Positions 8,774 through 18,341 of a DNA stretch of 64,000 nucleotides are shown piece after piece (the first letter of the stretch is position 1; the number at the start of each line of letters is the position of its first letter). Position numbers and translations under genes: made by a program. The notes under the pieces are model-generated. The model had not been told where the DNA came from. It was given only the letters and a program-made list of their open reading frames with translations, and did not search any database. The DNA is from a virus. The DNA lies in IMG/VR virus record IMGVR_UViG_3300045996_002572, positions 1 to 64,000 of that record. One strand, written 5' to 3'.

Positions 8774-9237
8774 CGCAGCGCCTCTCCGCCCTCTTGGGGC
8801 AGGGCTGGAGCGGGCCGCCAACGTCCGACGCTGCTCCACGGAAGCACCACCGAATCCCGGACGCGCCGAGTCAGGCAGGTCTCCAGGCTGTTGCGCATCT
8901 GAGCCTCGATCAGGAGGCCCTCGGGAGCAAGCTCGCCATGGCAAGACCAGTCGTGACCCGACCCGGATTCGATCGCTGGCGCCGGCAGCTCGCGCCACTG
9001 CGTGACCTGGGAGGACATCCGCCACCAGTCCGCCTCCTGGTCGTGCTCGTGCGACTGCTCGTACCAGCCTTCTGGCCAGTAGTAGGTGTCGGTCGCTTCG
9101 TCGTAGTCGGCGCCTTCAGCATGGGCGGCATCCCACCCTTGGACATCTTCCTTGAATCGCTCTGGGATCCACTGAGCGATTACCCACCTTTTGCCGGCCT
9201 GAGCGAGCACGGGGGTGTCGGGCTCGGGAAGCCTCAC
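8770..9237 (-). CDS. hypothetical phage protein (DUF551-like pattern)
   Basis: RLPEPDTPVL...EGWYE...VTQWRELPAP. Confidence 0.5.
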   Translation of the reverse strand: MRLPEPDTPVLAQAGKRWVIAQWIPERFKEDVQGWDAAHAEGADYDEATDTYYWPEGWYEQSHEHDQEADWWRMSSQVTQWRELPAPAIESGSGHDWSCHGELAPEGLLIEAQMRNSLETCLTRRVRDSVVLPWSSVGRWRPAPALPQEGGEALR

Positions 9238-9620
9238 TTCGCCACCCCCTCGGGAAGAACATCGAATTCGCTCGGATGGACGTTGCCGGAGTAGTCGCGG
9301 CCATCAATGAGCACTTCGAAGTTGCAAGAGTCGTTGTGCCCTGTGACCGTTCCCTTCCAGGTGCCATCCTTGGCGACGACCCGGGAGCCGCACCGCAGGT
9401 TCGGAAGGCCCCTCATCGCCGCGACCCGCAGGAAGGCGGCGGAGGTCGCCCGGCTGCCCATCTTCCGGGCCCGGAGCATCGTCCACGGGAACTCCCAGCC
9501 GGCGTCTTGCAAGCTGAGGAACCGCTCCCGCTTCGCCTTGCCACGCGATGCCTGGTTGATGACCGTCGGCGGCCAGTCCACGCCAGCAATAGAAACCTCG
9601 TAAGCGCAGACCTCGCTCAC
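9234..9620 (-). CDS. hypothetical phage protein
   Basis: coupled ORF. Confidence 0.6.
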   Translation of the reverse strand: MSEVCAYEVSIAGVDWPPTVINQASRGKAKRERFLSLQDAGWEFPWTMLRARKMGSRATSAAFLRVAAMRGLPNLRCGSRVVAKDGTWKGTVTGHNDSCNFEVLIDGRDYSGNVHPSEFDVLPEGVAK

Positions 9621-10024
9621 TTCGCCACCCCCTTCCCGATCACCGCCTCTACGTGTTCAGGTCGGAGCGCCAAATAGGCGATCGGCACCCATCTCCTGGG
9701 CGGTACCGGCCGCTCTTCGTCGTCCCGCCAGCACGCCCCGTCCCATTTGCAGAAGAAGAACGCCTGATCGGACCCGTCGTGATACGCGCATCGGAAGACG
9801 GCCTCCTCGTCCGGGAAGGCACCGTCCGGGATCGAGCCGCTCAGAGAGGTCCAAGCCGGCGACGTAGATGGCGTGACCCCGTGCTGGCAAGGGATCAGGC
9901 GAAGATCGCGCCGTGGAGCCCACCAAAGGCTATCCCGTGCAGGCGCCACCCTGAAGACCATGTCCTTCGGCATTGGCATCGAGTCCGGCACGTCGATCTC
10001 GTACTGCACCAGGTAGCGGGTCAT
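9617..10024 (-). CDS. hypothetical phage protein
   Basis: coupled ORF. Confidence 0.55.
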   Translation of the reverse strand: MTRYLVQYEIDVPDSMPMPKDMVFRVAPARDSLWWAPRRDLRLIPCQHGVTPSTSPAWTSLSGSIPDGAFPDEEAVFRCAYHDGSDQAFFFCKWDGACWRDDEERPVPPRRWVPIAYLALRPEHVEAVIGKGVAK

Positions 10025-10025
10025 C

Positions 10026-10496
10026 TCAGTGCACCACCCCGGAGACCACGGGCCGCCGGTTCATTCCGCAAGCTTCCGAACTCCAGAGCGCCACTCGATC
10101 GGCAAGTAGGTAGGTGAAGAAGGCCTCTTCGATCCAGGCGACGCGAGCCGGCGGGGCCGCCTTCACCCCGTGCTGCATGGCAATCAGCGAGGTCAGGAAG
10201 AACGCCACCTCGTTCCGCTCGGCCAATCCCTTGGCGGCGTGTACCTGGACGCTTGCCGGCAGGGTCCACCAGGTAACGCCCCCGAGGTCGCAGGTCGAGA
10301 TGAAGAGCGTGAGCTGCTGAAGCCACAGATCAGCATCGACCGCGCACATGGAAAGCGGCGACGCCGACACCCCGGAGGAGCCGTGAACGCCCGGATCCAG
10401 CAGCGGATCTCCAGGCGCAGAGGTGGGAGCAGGCACCATATCTTCGGGCCGCTTCGTGGGGCTTGGGGATGGGACTATTTCGGGGAACGTCTTCAT
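10026..10496 (-). CDS. hypothetical phage protein
   Basis: ATG 10496 with GAGGAG SD. Confidence 0.5.
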   Translation of the reverse strand: MKTFPEIVPSPSPTKRPEDMVPAPTSAPGDPLLDPGVHGSSGVSASPLSMCAVDADLWLQQLTLFISTCDLGGVTWWTLPASVQVHAAKGLAERNEVAFFLTSLIAMQHGVKAAPPARVAWIEEAFFTYLLADRVALWSSEACGMNRRPVVSGVVH

Positions 10497-10688
10497 GGCA
10501 GGGTCTCCTCGGGGGTGCCGGCGGAACCGGCAGGCTTGGAATCGGAATCGGGACGGTCGAAGGTCGCAGCGATCGCGGCGCGGCAGCGGGCGCACGTCGG
10601 CGGCCAGATCGGGCTCGAGCCGCCGCCCATCAGGTGGAGCTCCAGGGCGCGGGCGTACTCGGTTGCCCGGCAGCGGCAGCAGAGGCCG

Positions 10689-11042
10689 TCAGGAAACACG
10701 AGCACGCACCTCCAGGCCCCATGACAACAGGGCGTCCTCGGCTTCGTCGATCGAGCGGACGATGCGGCAGGGGATACCGAGGCGGTCGCACTCCGCGAAG
10801 AACGCCACCTGCGCCGCGCTGGGGTTGCGCTTGCCGGCCTTCAGCTCCAGGAAGCCGGCGAACCCTTGGCCGACGATCACCAGGTCAGGAACGCCGGCCC
10901 GGACACCAAGACCCGAGAGGATCGAAGCCTCGACCTTGCTCCTCGCCCCGCCGTTGGGGATGTGGAGCACCAGGTGGCGCGGCAAGGCGTAGCCGAGGTA
11001 CTCCAGGACTTGGCGTTGAAGGGACTGCTCTGGGCGTTTCAA
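10689..11042 (-). CDS. VRR-NUC domain nuclease
   Basis: EQSLQ..HIPNGG..GVRAGVPDL..FLELKAGK..SAAQ..F. Confidence 0.9.
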   Translation of the reverse strand: MKRPEQSLQRQVLEYLGYALPRHLVLHIPNGGARSKVEASILSGLGVRAGVPDLVIVGQGFAGFLELKAGKRNPSAAQVAFFAECDRLGIPCRIVRSIDEAEDALLSWGLEVRARVS

Positions 11043-11794
11043 GCTGCGCCTCCCTGAGCCGGAGCCGTCCAGGCGGTCTTGAAGTAAACGACGGCAGCGT
11101 CTTCCACAATCCTGCTGTAGAGCGGTGGGTGCTCATCCACAAGACCGAGCACCGGTGGCTTCGTTTTTGAGTTGCCCCGAAGGGGGCGGTTCGTGGTCAC
11201 CAACGTCCGCCGGACGCCGCGATGTCGAGCGGCCAGAAGGTTGGCGAGCGCACCCCAGGTGTTGCCGCTGTGGCCGAGCCCGAGGTCATCCACGAGCAGC
11301 AGGTCGCAGGTTTCCAGCCGCTCGGCCTCGTCTTCGTCACCGCGGTAAATGACGCGCACGGCGTCTGCCGCGGCGATCCACACTGCGCTTTTGGCCGCGC
11401 CGAGGTTCCGCGCGAACAGCTCCGTAGCCATCGCGGTCTTGCCGCCCCTGGAGATGCCGAAGAACGTGACGCACCAGGGCTCGCCGCGCCACGTTGCGAG
11501 GTCAATCCCGGGGCGGTTGGCCACCCTCGGCCAGGTCGCCGGCTCTTGATACACGCACCGCGCATACCTTTCGGGGCAACCGGTAGCGAGGAGGGCGGAA
11601 GTGCGGTCCAGGGCGGCGCGTGTCTTCTTGGGCTCGCAATTCCCGCAAGGCTGGCCCACTGAGCACTCGAACGCCGCAACGCCTTCCGGCTGCATCAGCG
11701 TTTCTTTGCAGCCGGGGCACTCCCAGGTGTTCCAGCCGTCTCCGGGCTTAGGCATCGCCCCCTGGAGCACGTTGCGGAGCCAATTCCAGCTCAC
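11039..11794 (-). CDS. DnaC/IstB-like ATPase (helicase loader)
   Basis: Walker A GISRGGKT, Walker B LLLVDDLG, TLVTTN; immediately downstream of initiator. Confidence 0.8.
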   Translation of the reverse strand: MSWNWLRNVLQGAMPKPGDGWNTWECPGCKETLMQPEGVAAFECSVGQPCGNCEPKKTRAALDRTSALLATGCPERYARCVYQEPATWPRVANRPGIDLATWRGEPWCVTFFGISRGGKTAMATELFARNLGAAKSAVWIAAADAVRVIYRGDEDEAERLETCDLLLVDDLGLGHSGNTWGALANLLAARHRGVRRTLVTTNRPLRGNSKTKPPVLGLVDEHPPLYSRIVEDAAVVYFKTAWTAPAQGGAA

Positions 11795-12597
11795 GCCTCG
11801 ACCTCCTGCTGAAGGCGTTCCGCAGCGTCGCGTTGCGCGACCGATCCTCCGGCCGGCAGGGCTGCCTCGGTGGGAGATTTTCGACCACGAAAGAGCTGCG
11901 CAAACTTCTCGACCTGGCTCCCGTCGCGCAGCAGGACGGCGAGGTCGTTGTGCCCCGGCCGGTCCTCCCACGGATCGAAAGGCCATCCGCGAACGGCGTC
12001 CAGCAGGTCGGCTTGCTTGTAGCCCTCCCGTCGGCGGGCCCGGAGCTTCTCCCGTCGCTTGGCGTTCAGGCGGTAGCCGGCCCCTCCGTGCGGCAGGGTC
12101 TCGCACCAAGCTGTGAACACCTCGCGGTCCTGCGCCGAGTCGGTGAGTTCGCCCGTTGCGCCGCCCTCCTCCTGCACCTCCTCCCTGCCTGTCTCTCCAG
12201 CCAGGGGGAGAGATATAGAGAGGGGGGAGGAGGGGTGCAGGGGAGGAGGGGGTGCGGGCTCCTCGTGTTCCCCGGTGCGTACCGGTGCGTACCGGTGCGT
12301 ACCGGTGTTCCCCGGTGCGTACGCGTGCGTACCGGTTGGCAAGCCTGCGAGAAACCGTTCAACGGCCTTTTCCTGTTGGGACGCCTCTTCTTCCTGCGTA
12401 CCGGTGCGTACCGGTGCGTACGCGTGCGCACCGGTACGCACAACCGATTCGCCGCGGATCGCTCGGCGCCGCTTCAACGCCTCGGCCAGTTCCGCCCGGA
12501 CGATGTCCTGCGGGTCAACGCCCTGCTCTCTGGCCTCTACCAGCAGTGCTTCAAAAACGTTGACATCCAGGCTCAGGCTCATCCGCGTCTTCCGCAA
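11791..12597 (-). CDS. putative replication initiator (lambda O-like position)
   Basis: Upstream of DnaC-like gene; internal iteron repeats; Pro/Ser linker; C-terminal VFTAW..RLNAKRREKLRAR..D..LLRD..VEKF pattern. Confidence 0.65.
   Translation of the reverse strand: MRKTRMSLSLDVNVFEALLVEAREQGVDPQDIVRAELAEALKRRRAIRGESVVRTGAHAYAPVRTGTQEEEASQQEKAVERFLAGLPTGTHAYAPGNTGTHRYAPVRTGEHEEPAPPPPLHPSSPLSISLPLAGETGREEVQEEGGATGELTDSAQDREVFTAWCETLPHGGAGYRLNAKRREKLRARRREGYKQADLLDAVRGWPFDPWEDRPGHNDLAVLLRDGSQVEKFAQLFRGRKSPTEAALPAGGSVAQRDAAERLQQEVEA
12266..12440. repeat. Two clusters of 10-bp tandem repeats (CCGGTGCGTA consensus), probable replication iterons
   Basis: cccggtgcgt accggtgcgt accggtgcgt accggtgttc cccggtgcgt acgcgtgcgt accggt and gcgta ccggtgcgta ccggtgcgta cgcgtgcgca ccggtacgca. 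Confidence 0.85.
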
Positions 12598-12725
12598 GCA
12601 GCGACTCCTCAGAGGTCAGGCCAGTACCCGAGGGCACCAGCACCAGCGTGTTGTCCTATCCACTCAAGAGGGGGCCGGAGCGATCATGCTGAGGGGCGCC
12701 GGCCCTGGCTTCAGGGGATGGGCGG

Positions 12726-12965
12726 TCAGACGGCGTTGGTCGCGCTTGACCTGGAGAGCCGACGTCGGACCTCGGCAGCATCCTCGGCCTCCTCGACAGC
12801 GCGCCGGATCCGCATCTCGCGGAGAACCTTGCGCTTCCGGGCCGGCGAGAGGCTGACGAAAACCCCCTCTCCGGCCATGAAGGCGTCCACCATGTCGCTC
12901 CGTTCGGGAGTCGTGGCGGCGTACTGCGCGAGGGCTGCAGCGACGGCTCGTTGTTGCTCCTTCAT
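12726..12965 (-). CDS. hypothetical protein
   Basis: ATG with GAGGA SD. Confidence 0.5.
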   Translation of the reverse strand: MKEQQRAVAAALAQYAATTPERSDMVDAFMAGEGVFVSLSPARKRKVLREMRIRRAVEEAEDAAEVRRRLSRSSATNAV

Positions 12966-13001
12966 GTCTCTTTCCTCGGGGCTCCCGCCCCGGTCTCAGG
13001 T

Positions 13002-13175
13002 CTAATCCAAGCTCCGGAGCGCCACCACCAGCAGCACCGCTCCGCCAGTCACGAGCATCACCATCGCCACTCCCAAGAGGCACCCCCAGACAGTCCCCTC
13101 CTGGTACTGGGGATCGGGACAGAGGGGCTGGGGATCCTCGGCTTCGAAGTGGTCGAGCTCGGTGGGCCGGGTCAT
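13002..13175 (-). CDS. small membrane protein
   Basis: coupled ATG 13175; C-terminal TM helix. Confidence 0.5.
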   Translation of the reverse strand: MTRPTELDHFEAEDPQPLCPDPQYQEGTVWGCLLGVAMVMLVTGGAVLLVVALRSLD

Positions 13176-15418
13176 GAGGAAGATTCCTCCGGCTCGACCG
13201 CTAGCGCGATGGCGAGCATGCGGTCCTGCGGCGTCACCCAAACGTCGGTGTTGCTCATCAGCATGAAGCCGTGGCCGAGGTCGGCGGAGAGTAGCGTCCG
13301 CAGCATCACGCACCCCACGGCGCGCGCCGCCGCCGGCGGCACCGCGTTGCCGATGCGCTCCCGGTGGGCGGTGTCCCGGTCGCCGACGAGGCTCCAGGGC
13401 GTTCCGTCCGGCTGCCAGAGATCCTCCGTGGTGACGAGGGACTGCAGGGCAGCCAGTTCCAAGGTGGTGAAGGGCCGGTGCCAGGTGTCGTCGTCCGAGA
13501 TGATGACCACCTCGCACCGCTCGTCCGCGCCGGGCAGGGCGACGAGGCCCGGCTCGAGGTCGGCGACGCCGGCGCGCGGGTCGGCAACGTTCCAGGCCCC
13601 GTTGTCGTGCCCGGCCGACGCTGTGACGGTGCCGCTCGCCGCCTCCCAGTCCCGGACGCCGTAGTGCCCGGCGCTGCTCCAGTCGCCGGCCGGGTCGAGC
13701 CCGACACGCGGATCCGCGACGGAGAAGGCTCCGTTCGAAGGCAGCGTCTGCCCGGCCACGGTCCCGCACGGCTCGTCCCACCGCCTCACGCCCGTGGCGC
13801 CAGCATAGCCGCCGGCGCCAGGCCGGGGGTCCGCTACGGCCTGCCCGCCGCTCGACGGCCCGGCGCCGGCCGTCACTGCCTGCGACGGTGCGTCCCATCG
13901 GACCACCCGGAAGACGTTGCGGAAGCGGGCAACGTCGGACGTTCCGCGCGGGTCGGCCACCGCGTAGGCGCCATTCCCGGTTGCCGCCGCCCCGATCACA
14001 GCGCCCGCCGGCTCCGGCCACCTGACGATCCTGTACTTGCCGCGACCGCCCCAGGTGGTGCCCACCCGCGGATCAGCGACGGATTGCCCGCCGCTCGCCG
14101 GGTGCTGGCTCTTGCCGATCACTGTGCCCGCCGGCTGGTCGTGCGCCACGAGGCGGAACTTGTTGCGGTGGGCGCCAGGTTTCCAGGCGAAGCGTGGGTC
14201 GGCGACGACGCCGGCGCCGCCGCCAACGGCCCGCGCCGCGGTGATCGTCCCCATGGGCCCCTCCCACTCCCGGACCTTGAAGACGTTGCTGTGCGCCCGC
14301 TCCACGCCGAGGTTGACGCGGGGGTCCGCCACCGAGTAGCGGCCGCCGCCCGGGAGCGACTGCGCCGTCACAGTGCCGGCCGGCTGCTCCCAGGCGCCGA
14401 CGCCCAGCGAGCGGTAGTCGCCGAGCTCGCCCGTGCGAGGGTCGGCGACCGCGAAGCCGCCCTGGTGTGGCCGGCCGCCGCCGGTCACCACGCCCGCCGG
14501 GTCGGTCCAGGGCACCACCCCCATCGCACCGTTGTGCCAGCGGCCCACCGGCTCGATCGACACGTCGCGTAGGAAGCCGTCCTGGACGGCCAGGTCCTGG
14601 AGAGCGCGCCAGTCCTTGCCGGCCGGGATCAGCGCCAGCCGCACCCAGGTGAGCCACCGCAGCCGGCGGAGGGCGTGCATCGGGCCCGCAGAGGGATCGC
14701 CCGGCAGCGGCAGCCGCTCGAGCACCTCGCCGACGCCGCGCAGCGGGTGAGTCTCAGGCTGGTAGAGGAACGGCGGCACCGTGGCACGATGCCGTGCGAC
14801 CAGCAGCAGGCGGCGGCGGGTCTGCGCGAGCCCTCCGATTTCCCCGCAGTCGTGGGCGGTCTCCGCCACGGCGTAGCCCTCGGCGGCGAGCAGCGCCTTC
14901 ACCTGGTCGAGGAAGCGCCGCCCGCGCTGGGCCATCATGGGGACGTTCTCGAAGACGACCAGCCGCGGCGGCTGCGCCTTGAACGCCTCCAGGGTGAGCC
15001 ACATGCCGCGGATGGTGAGCCGGTTGAGGGCCTGGTAGCGGGGGGTGACGGACTTCGCCTTGGCGAGGAGGGCCGAGAACCCCTTGCAGGGTGCGGACAG
15101 GAAGACGACGTCGGGGTAGCGGCCCTGCGCTGCGCGAAGGATGTCGGCCGGCTGGGCCTCTCGCCAGCCCTTCGGCGGCTCGTGCCCCCAGAAGTCCTGG
15201 TACTGCTCACGGTCGAAGAGGTCGAGCGTCGTCGCGTGCGTCCCGGTGGCGGCGTAGAAGTCGGCGCAGCCCTCCGGGTCGACGTCGACGCCGCCCAGGC
15301 AGACCAGCCGGCCCCGGACCCCGTCGACCATCTCCTCGGCCTGGTTCATCCCCTTCGCGCCGCCGCCGAGGCCGCAGAAGACGTGGAAGTGCGAGTACTC
15401 CCTGACGGTCCCGATCAC
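13172..15418 (-). CDS. DNA (cytosine-5)-methyltransferase with 8 internal ADPR repeats
   Basis: Motif I FCGLGGG, IV SAPCKGFS, VI FENV, VIII QTRRR, X RIGNAVPP; start at coupled GTG 15418. Confidence 0.92.
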   Translation of the reverse strand: MIGTVREYSHFHVFCGLGGGAKGMNQAEEMVDGVRGRLVCLGGVDVDPEGCADFYAATGTHATTLDLFDREQYQDFWGHEPPKGWREAQPADILRAAQGRYPDVVFLSAPCKGFSALLAKAKSVTPRYQALNRLTIRGMWLTLEAFKAQPPRLVVFENVPMMAQRGRRFLDQVKALLAAEGYAVAETAHDCGEIGGLAQTRRRLLLVARHRATVPPFLYQPETHPLRGVGEVLERLPLPGDPSAGPMHALRRLRWLTWVRLALIPAGKDWRALQDLAVQDGFLRDVSIEPVGRWHNGAMGVVPWTDPAGVVTGGGRPHQGGFAVADPRTGELGDYRSLGVGAWEQPAGTVTAQSLPGGGRYSVADPRVNLGVERAHSNVFKVREWEGPMGTITAARAVGGGAGVVADPRFAWKPGAHRNKFRLVAHDQPAGTVIGKSQHPASGGQSVADPRVGTTWGGRGKYRIVRWPEPAGAVIGAAATGNGAYAVADPRGTSDVARFRNVFRVVRWDAPSQAVTAGAGPSSGGQAVADPRPGAGGYAGATGVRRWDEPCGTVAGQTLPSNGAFSVADPRVGLDPAGDWSSAGHYGVRDWEAASGTVTASAGHDNGAWNVADPRAGVADLEPGLVALPGADERCEVVIISDDDTWHRPFTTLELAALQSLVTTEDLWQPDGTPWSLVGDRDTAHRERIGNAVPPAAARAVGCVMLRTLLSADLGHGFMLMSNTDVWVTPQDRMLAIALAVEPEESSS

Positions 15419-15621
15419 TTCGCCACTCCCGCCACTCGGATGCGGCGCACCACGGGGGGCTTCTGATTCCGCTCGGGAGCCACCTTGGCCTCGCAGTTGA
15501 CGATCACGCGGCAGGACAGGCAGGTGGCGGGGCCGGCGACGATAGGGGCCCATGGATCGGCGAGCACCGAACGCAAGGTGAAGGGCACCAGGTCGGTACA
15601 GTCGTGGCAGGTGACGCTCAC
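15415..15621 (-). CDS. small zinc-finger-like protein
   Basis: CHDC...CLSC; coupled GTG 15621. Confidence 0.45.
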   Translation of the reverse strand: MSVTCHDCTDLVPFTLRSVLADPWAPIVAGPATCLSCRVIVNCEAKVAPERNQKPPVVRRIRVAGVAK

Positions 15622-16685
15622 GCTGCGGGCTCCACCAAGTTGAGGTCCAGCGGCCGATGATTGGCCTTGAGGTAGAGCTGCAGCGAGGAGAGTCCCTCGT
15701 TGAGCAGGCTGAGGGGCGATGCAAGGAGGTCGTCCTCCGTCACCGCGCCGGCGAAGTGCTCGCCCAGCATCTGCGCCCGGAGCACCTTGGACCGGTTCGC
15801 GTTGGTGCCCAGGCCGTAGAAGCTCCAGAGCGTCTTGACGGTCTCGACGATCCGGTGACGCTCGCCGGACTCTGCCGTGTCCACGGCCTCGGGCCAGTAC
15901 TCCACGGGCTCGTTGACGTTCTGCCATGCCGCGGCGTCCTCGTCGCCTGCTCGAATCAGGTCCTCGATCGAGTGCCGGAGGAGCTTGCGGAGCATCTGGA
16001 GCGCCGCGGACCGATCGTCCGCGCCCCGGAAGTCGGGGAGGATCCGCACCGCGCCCACTTCCTTGCCGCTCGCGTCCACGGTCACCACCATCGAACGTTC
16101 CCGGCTGGCGGAACGCACGCCGCGGACCTGGAGCCAGAAGCCCGGGGCAATGGGCCCCTCGTTCCGGCCGCGGGGCTTGTACCCTTCGGTTTCGACGGTC
16201 GCCCCTTGCCCGTCTTGCAACACCAGCGCGGCCTGGTTGTGGACCTCGATCACGTCCACTCCTGGGGTGAGCATTACGGTCCGGTATCGATCGTTGATGG
16301 CGCCCCACGCGGAGGTCGGGACGCCGTGGAGGGGCGGGCGCCCAAGCCGGTTGAGCTCGGCGTTCGCATGATCGAGGTAGCTCCGCACCCCCAGCAGGTA
16401 GAGGTTCGGGGCAGAGTCAACGATCGCAACGCCACCCGCCGCCGAAGCCAGCGCTTGGGCGGTCCGGTTGAAGGTGCGGCAGCGGACGATCTGCTCGGCG
16501 CCGAAGCCGGCGGACTGGTAGACCGGGGCCGCGCCGAGCTCGTTGAGGATGGCGACCAGCGGCGCCCACTCGCGAGCCGCCCCCTTCTTCGCCCGAGGCG
16601 TCCTCACCTCGCGGATCAACGTGCCCAGCATCGCGGCGACCGTGGACTTTCCGGCGCCGGTGTGTCCTGAAACGGCGGCTCTCAT
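15618..16685 (-). CDS. AAA_24/Sak4-like ATPase (putative recombinase)
   Basis: GHTGAGKS Walker A, VAIVDS Walker B, WGAIND; next to exonuclease. Confidence 0.7.
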   Translation of the reverse strand: MRAAVSGHTGAGKSTVAAMLGTLIREVRTPRAKKGAAREWAPLVAILNELGAAPVYQSAGFGAEQIVRCRTFNRTAQALASAAGGVAIVDSAPNLYLLGVRSYLDHANAELNRLGRPPLHGVPTSAWGAINDRYRTVMLTPGVDVIEVHNQAALVLQDGQGATVETEGYKPRGRNEGPIAPGFWLQVRGVRSASRERSMVVTVDASGKEVGAVRILPDFRGADDRSAALQMLRKLLRHSIEDLIRAGDEDAAAWQNVNEPVEYWPEAVDTAESGERHRIVETVKTLWSFYGLGTNANRSKVLRAQMLGEHFAGAVTEDDLLASPLSLLNEGLSSLQLYLKANHRPLDLNLVEPAA

Positions 16686-17281
16686 GAAGGCACCTCGATC
16701 CGGCTCATGAGCCGCCGCGCAAGCTCCGCGGTCGCCCTTACATCTGCCAGGGCGTCGTGAGCGTTATCTGCTGCGATGCCGGCCCATGAGCAAAGCGAGC
16801 CGAGCTTGTGATCCACGGGAGGTGCCGAAGTGCCCAGCGTCAGCCAGCGGGCGAGATTCAGCGTGCAAAGCGCCTCGAAGCAGGCCGCTGGCAGAAACTC
16901 GCCCGCGCTCTTGAACCAGGCCGCGAGAAACTCCGCATCGAACCGAGAGTTGTGACCGCAGAGCCGGGCCACCCGATACGTCTTTCCGCCCCGCGACGTC
17001 TTCTCCACGGTGGCATGCCGCCGCAGGAAGTCAGCGATTTTGCCGCGAGCAATGGGACCGGCGACGGCTTCTCGAGCCCAGACCGATGGGTCGTAGTGGT
17101 TCAGCGCGAGCGCCTCGGCGTCGGCGAGAGTTTCTTCGAAGGCCACTTTGACCTCGACCGCCTCAACCTCAGACCATTCCCCATCGCAGGCCACGGCGGC
17201 GAACTGGATTACTGGATGGCGGTAGGGGTCGAGCCCCCCCGTCTCCACATCGAAAACGACGACTCGATCTCCGGGATTCAT
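16682..17281 (-). CDS. DEDDh 3'-5' exonuclease (DnaQ-like)
   Basis: VFDVETGG, GHNSRFD, AHDALADV. Confidence 0.92.
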   Translation of the reverse strand: MNPGDRVVVFDVETGGLDPYRHPVIQFAAVACDGEWSEVEAVEVKVAFEETLADAEALALNHYDPSVWAREAVAGPIARGKIADFLRRHATVEKTSRGGKTYRVARLCGHNSRFDAEFLAAWFKSAGEFLPAACFEALCTLNLARWLTLGTSAPPVDHKLGSLCSWAGIAADNAHDALADVRATAELARRLMSRIEVPS

Positions 17282-17811
17282 ATCGGTCCCTCCGGGGCGC
17301 ACTTCGCGGTGCAGACCCTGGTCTTGGAATCGGTTTTGGGATCAACGAGGTCGACCATGTAGCGCTGCGAGTGCCAGGTGCCGCAGCTCTCGCATTGCTC
17401 GACTGGGAGAAAGCCCTGGGCGTAGGCGGCCTGGGCGAGCTCCGCGGCTTTCGCGGTCAGATCGACGCCGAACTGCTCCTCAAGCTCGCGGAAGCTGTGA
17501 TACGGGCTGTCGCCCTTGACGTGGCAATGCCGGCAGAGCGGAACCTGATCGGCTGCCTTACCCAGGCGCCGTCGGGTCGTGACGTGGTGGATGTCGCACG
17601 GCCCGCGCCACCGTCCGCAGAGGCAGCAACCGTGGTCGTTGTAGTAATCCTTGAGGGCGCCCTTGTACTCACACCCTTCGACCTCGGCCAGCTTCTGGGC
17701 CTCCCGTGCTCGATCCCGCTTTCGCGAGGCGAGCACCATGGCCCGCTTATTCCCCTTCAACTTGGGGACCGAGCGATTCCAGGGTCCGGGCTTGAGGGCG
17801 CTGCGCAGCAT
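17278..17811 (-). CDS. HNH-like zinc nuclease (DUF968/Ref-like)
   Basis: CCLCG...DIHHV...VPLCRHCH. Confidence 0.7.
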   Translation of the reverse strand: MLRSALKPGPWNRSVPKLKGNKRAMVLASRKRDRAREAQKLAEVEGCEYKGALKDYYNDHGCCLCGRWRGPCDIHHVTTRRRLGKAADQVPLCRHCHVKGDSPYHSFRELEEQFGVDLTAKAAELAQAAYAQGFLPVEQCESCGTWHSQRYMVDLVDPKTDSKTRVCTAKCAPEGPI

Positions 17812-17814
17812 GGC

Positions 17815-18015
17815 TCAGGCTCCGGCGAAGATGCGGGCAATCTGCTGGCGCTGCTCGGGCTTGCCGTCGGTCAGGGCGCAGAGCAGGGTGGTGAGCGTCT
17901 CGACGCGGGCGAGGTCGGCCTCCTCGGTTACCTCCTCCGCGGGTCGTGGGCGCCACGCGGCGCTCGACTCCAGGAGCCGGCGGGCATGGCGGCGGAGCAC
18001 GTCGTCGCCTCTCAC
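17815..18015 (-). CDS. hypothetical protein
   Basis: coupled ORF. Confidence 0.45.
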   Translation of the reverse strand: MRGDDVLRRHARRLLESSAAWRPRPAEEVTEEADLARVETLTTLLCALTDGKPEQRQQIARIFAGA

Positions 18016-18341
18016 AGCGCACCGCCGGGGTTCTCGTCAGGGGCGTGGAAGAGGCCCATGACCGGGACCTCGATCTCGGCCAAGTCGACACCTTCGACTG
18101 TCCGGAACGGCGAGGCAGGAAGAACGGCGTCCACCACCTCGGAGGCGTCGACGTCCGCAGCCTTCGGCATCACCAGGACCGGCACAGGGCGGCCAAGGAT
18201 GGCGGCCTGCAGGCGGGCCAGCAGCTCGAGTCGGCGATTGTCCCCTTCTACCGAGCGGTCCTCTGCGTCCGGAGCACCGAGGAAGGCGAGGGCGGCAAGC
18301 GCCTCGCGGGCCTGGTAGGCGTGCAGGTGGCGGACGCTCAC
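18012..18341 (-). CDS. hypothetical protein
   Basis: coupled ORF. Confidence 0.5.
   Translation of the reverse strand: MSVRHLHAYQAREALAALAFLGAPDAEDRSVEGDNRRLELLARLQAAILGRPVPVLVMPKAADVDASEVVDAVLPASPFRTVEGVDLAEIEVPVMGLFHAPDENPGGAL

Noticed and set aside
12266-12440. CRISPR array
   Set aside because: Repeats are head-to-tail 10-mers without unique spacers and no cas genes are present
13172-17811. Restriction-modification system
   Set aside because: Nearby nucleases are typical recombination/replication enzymes; no cognate restriction endonuclease recognised
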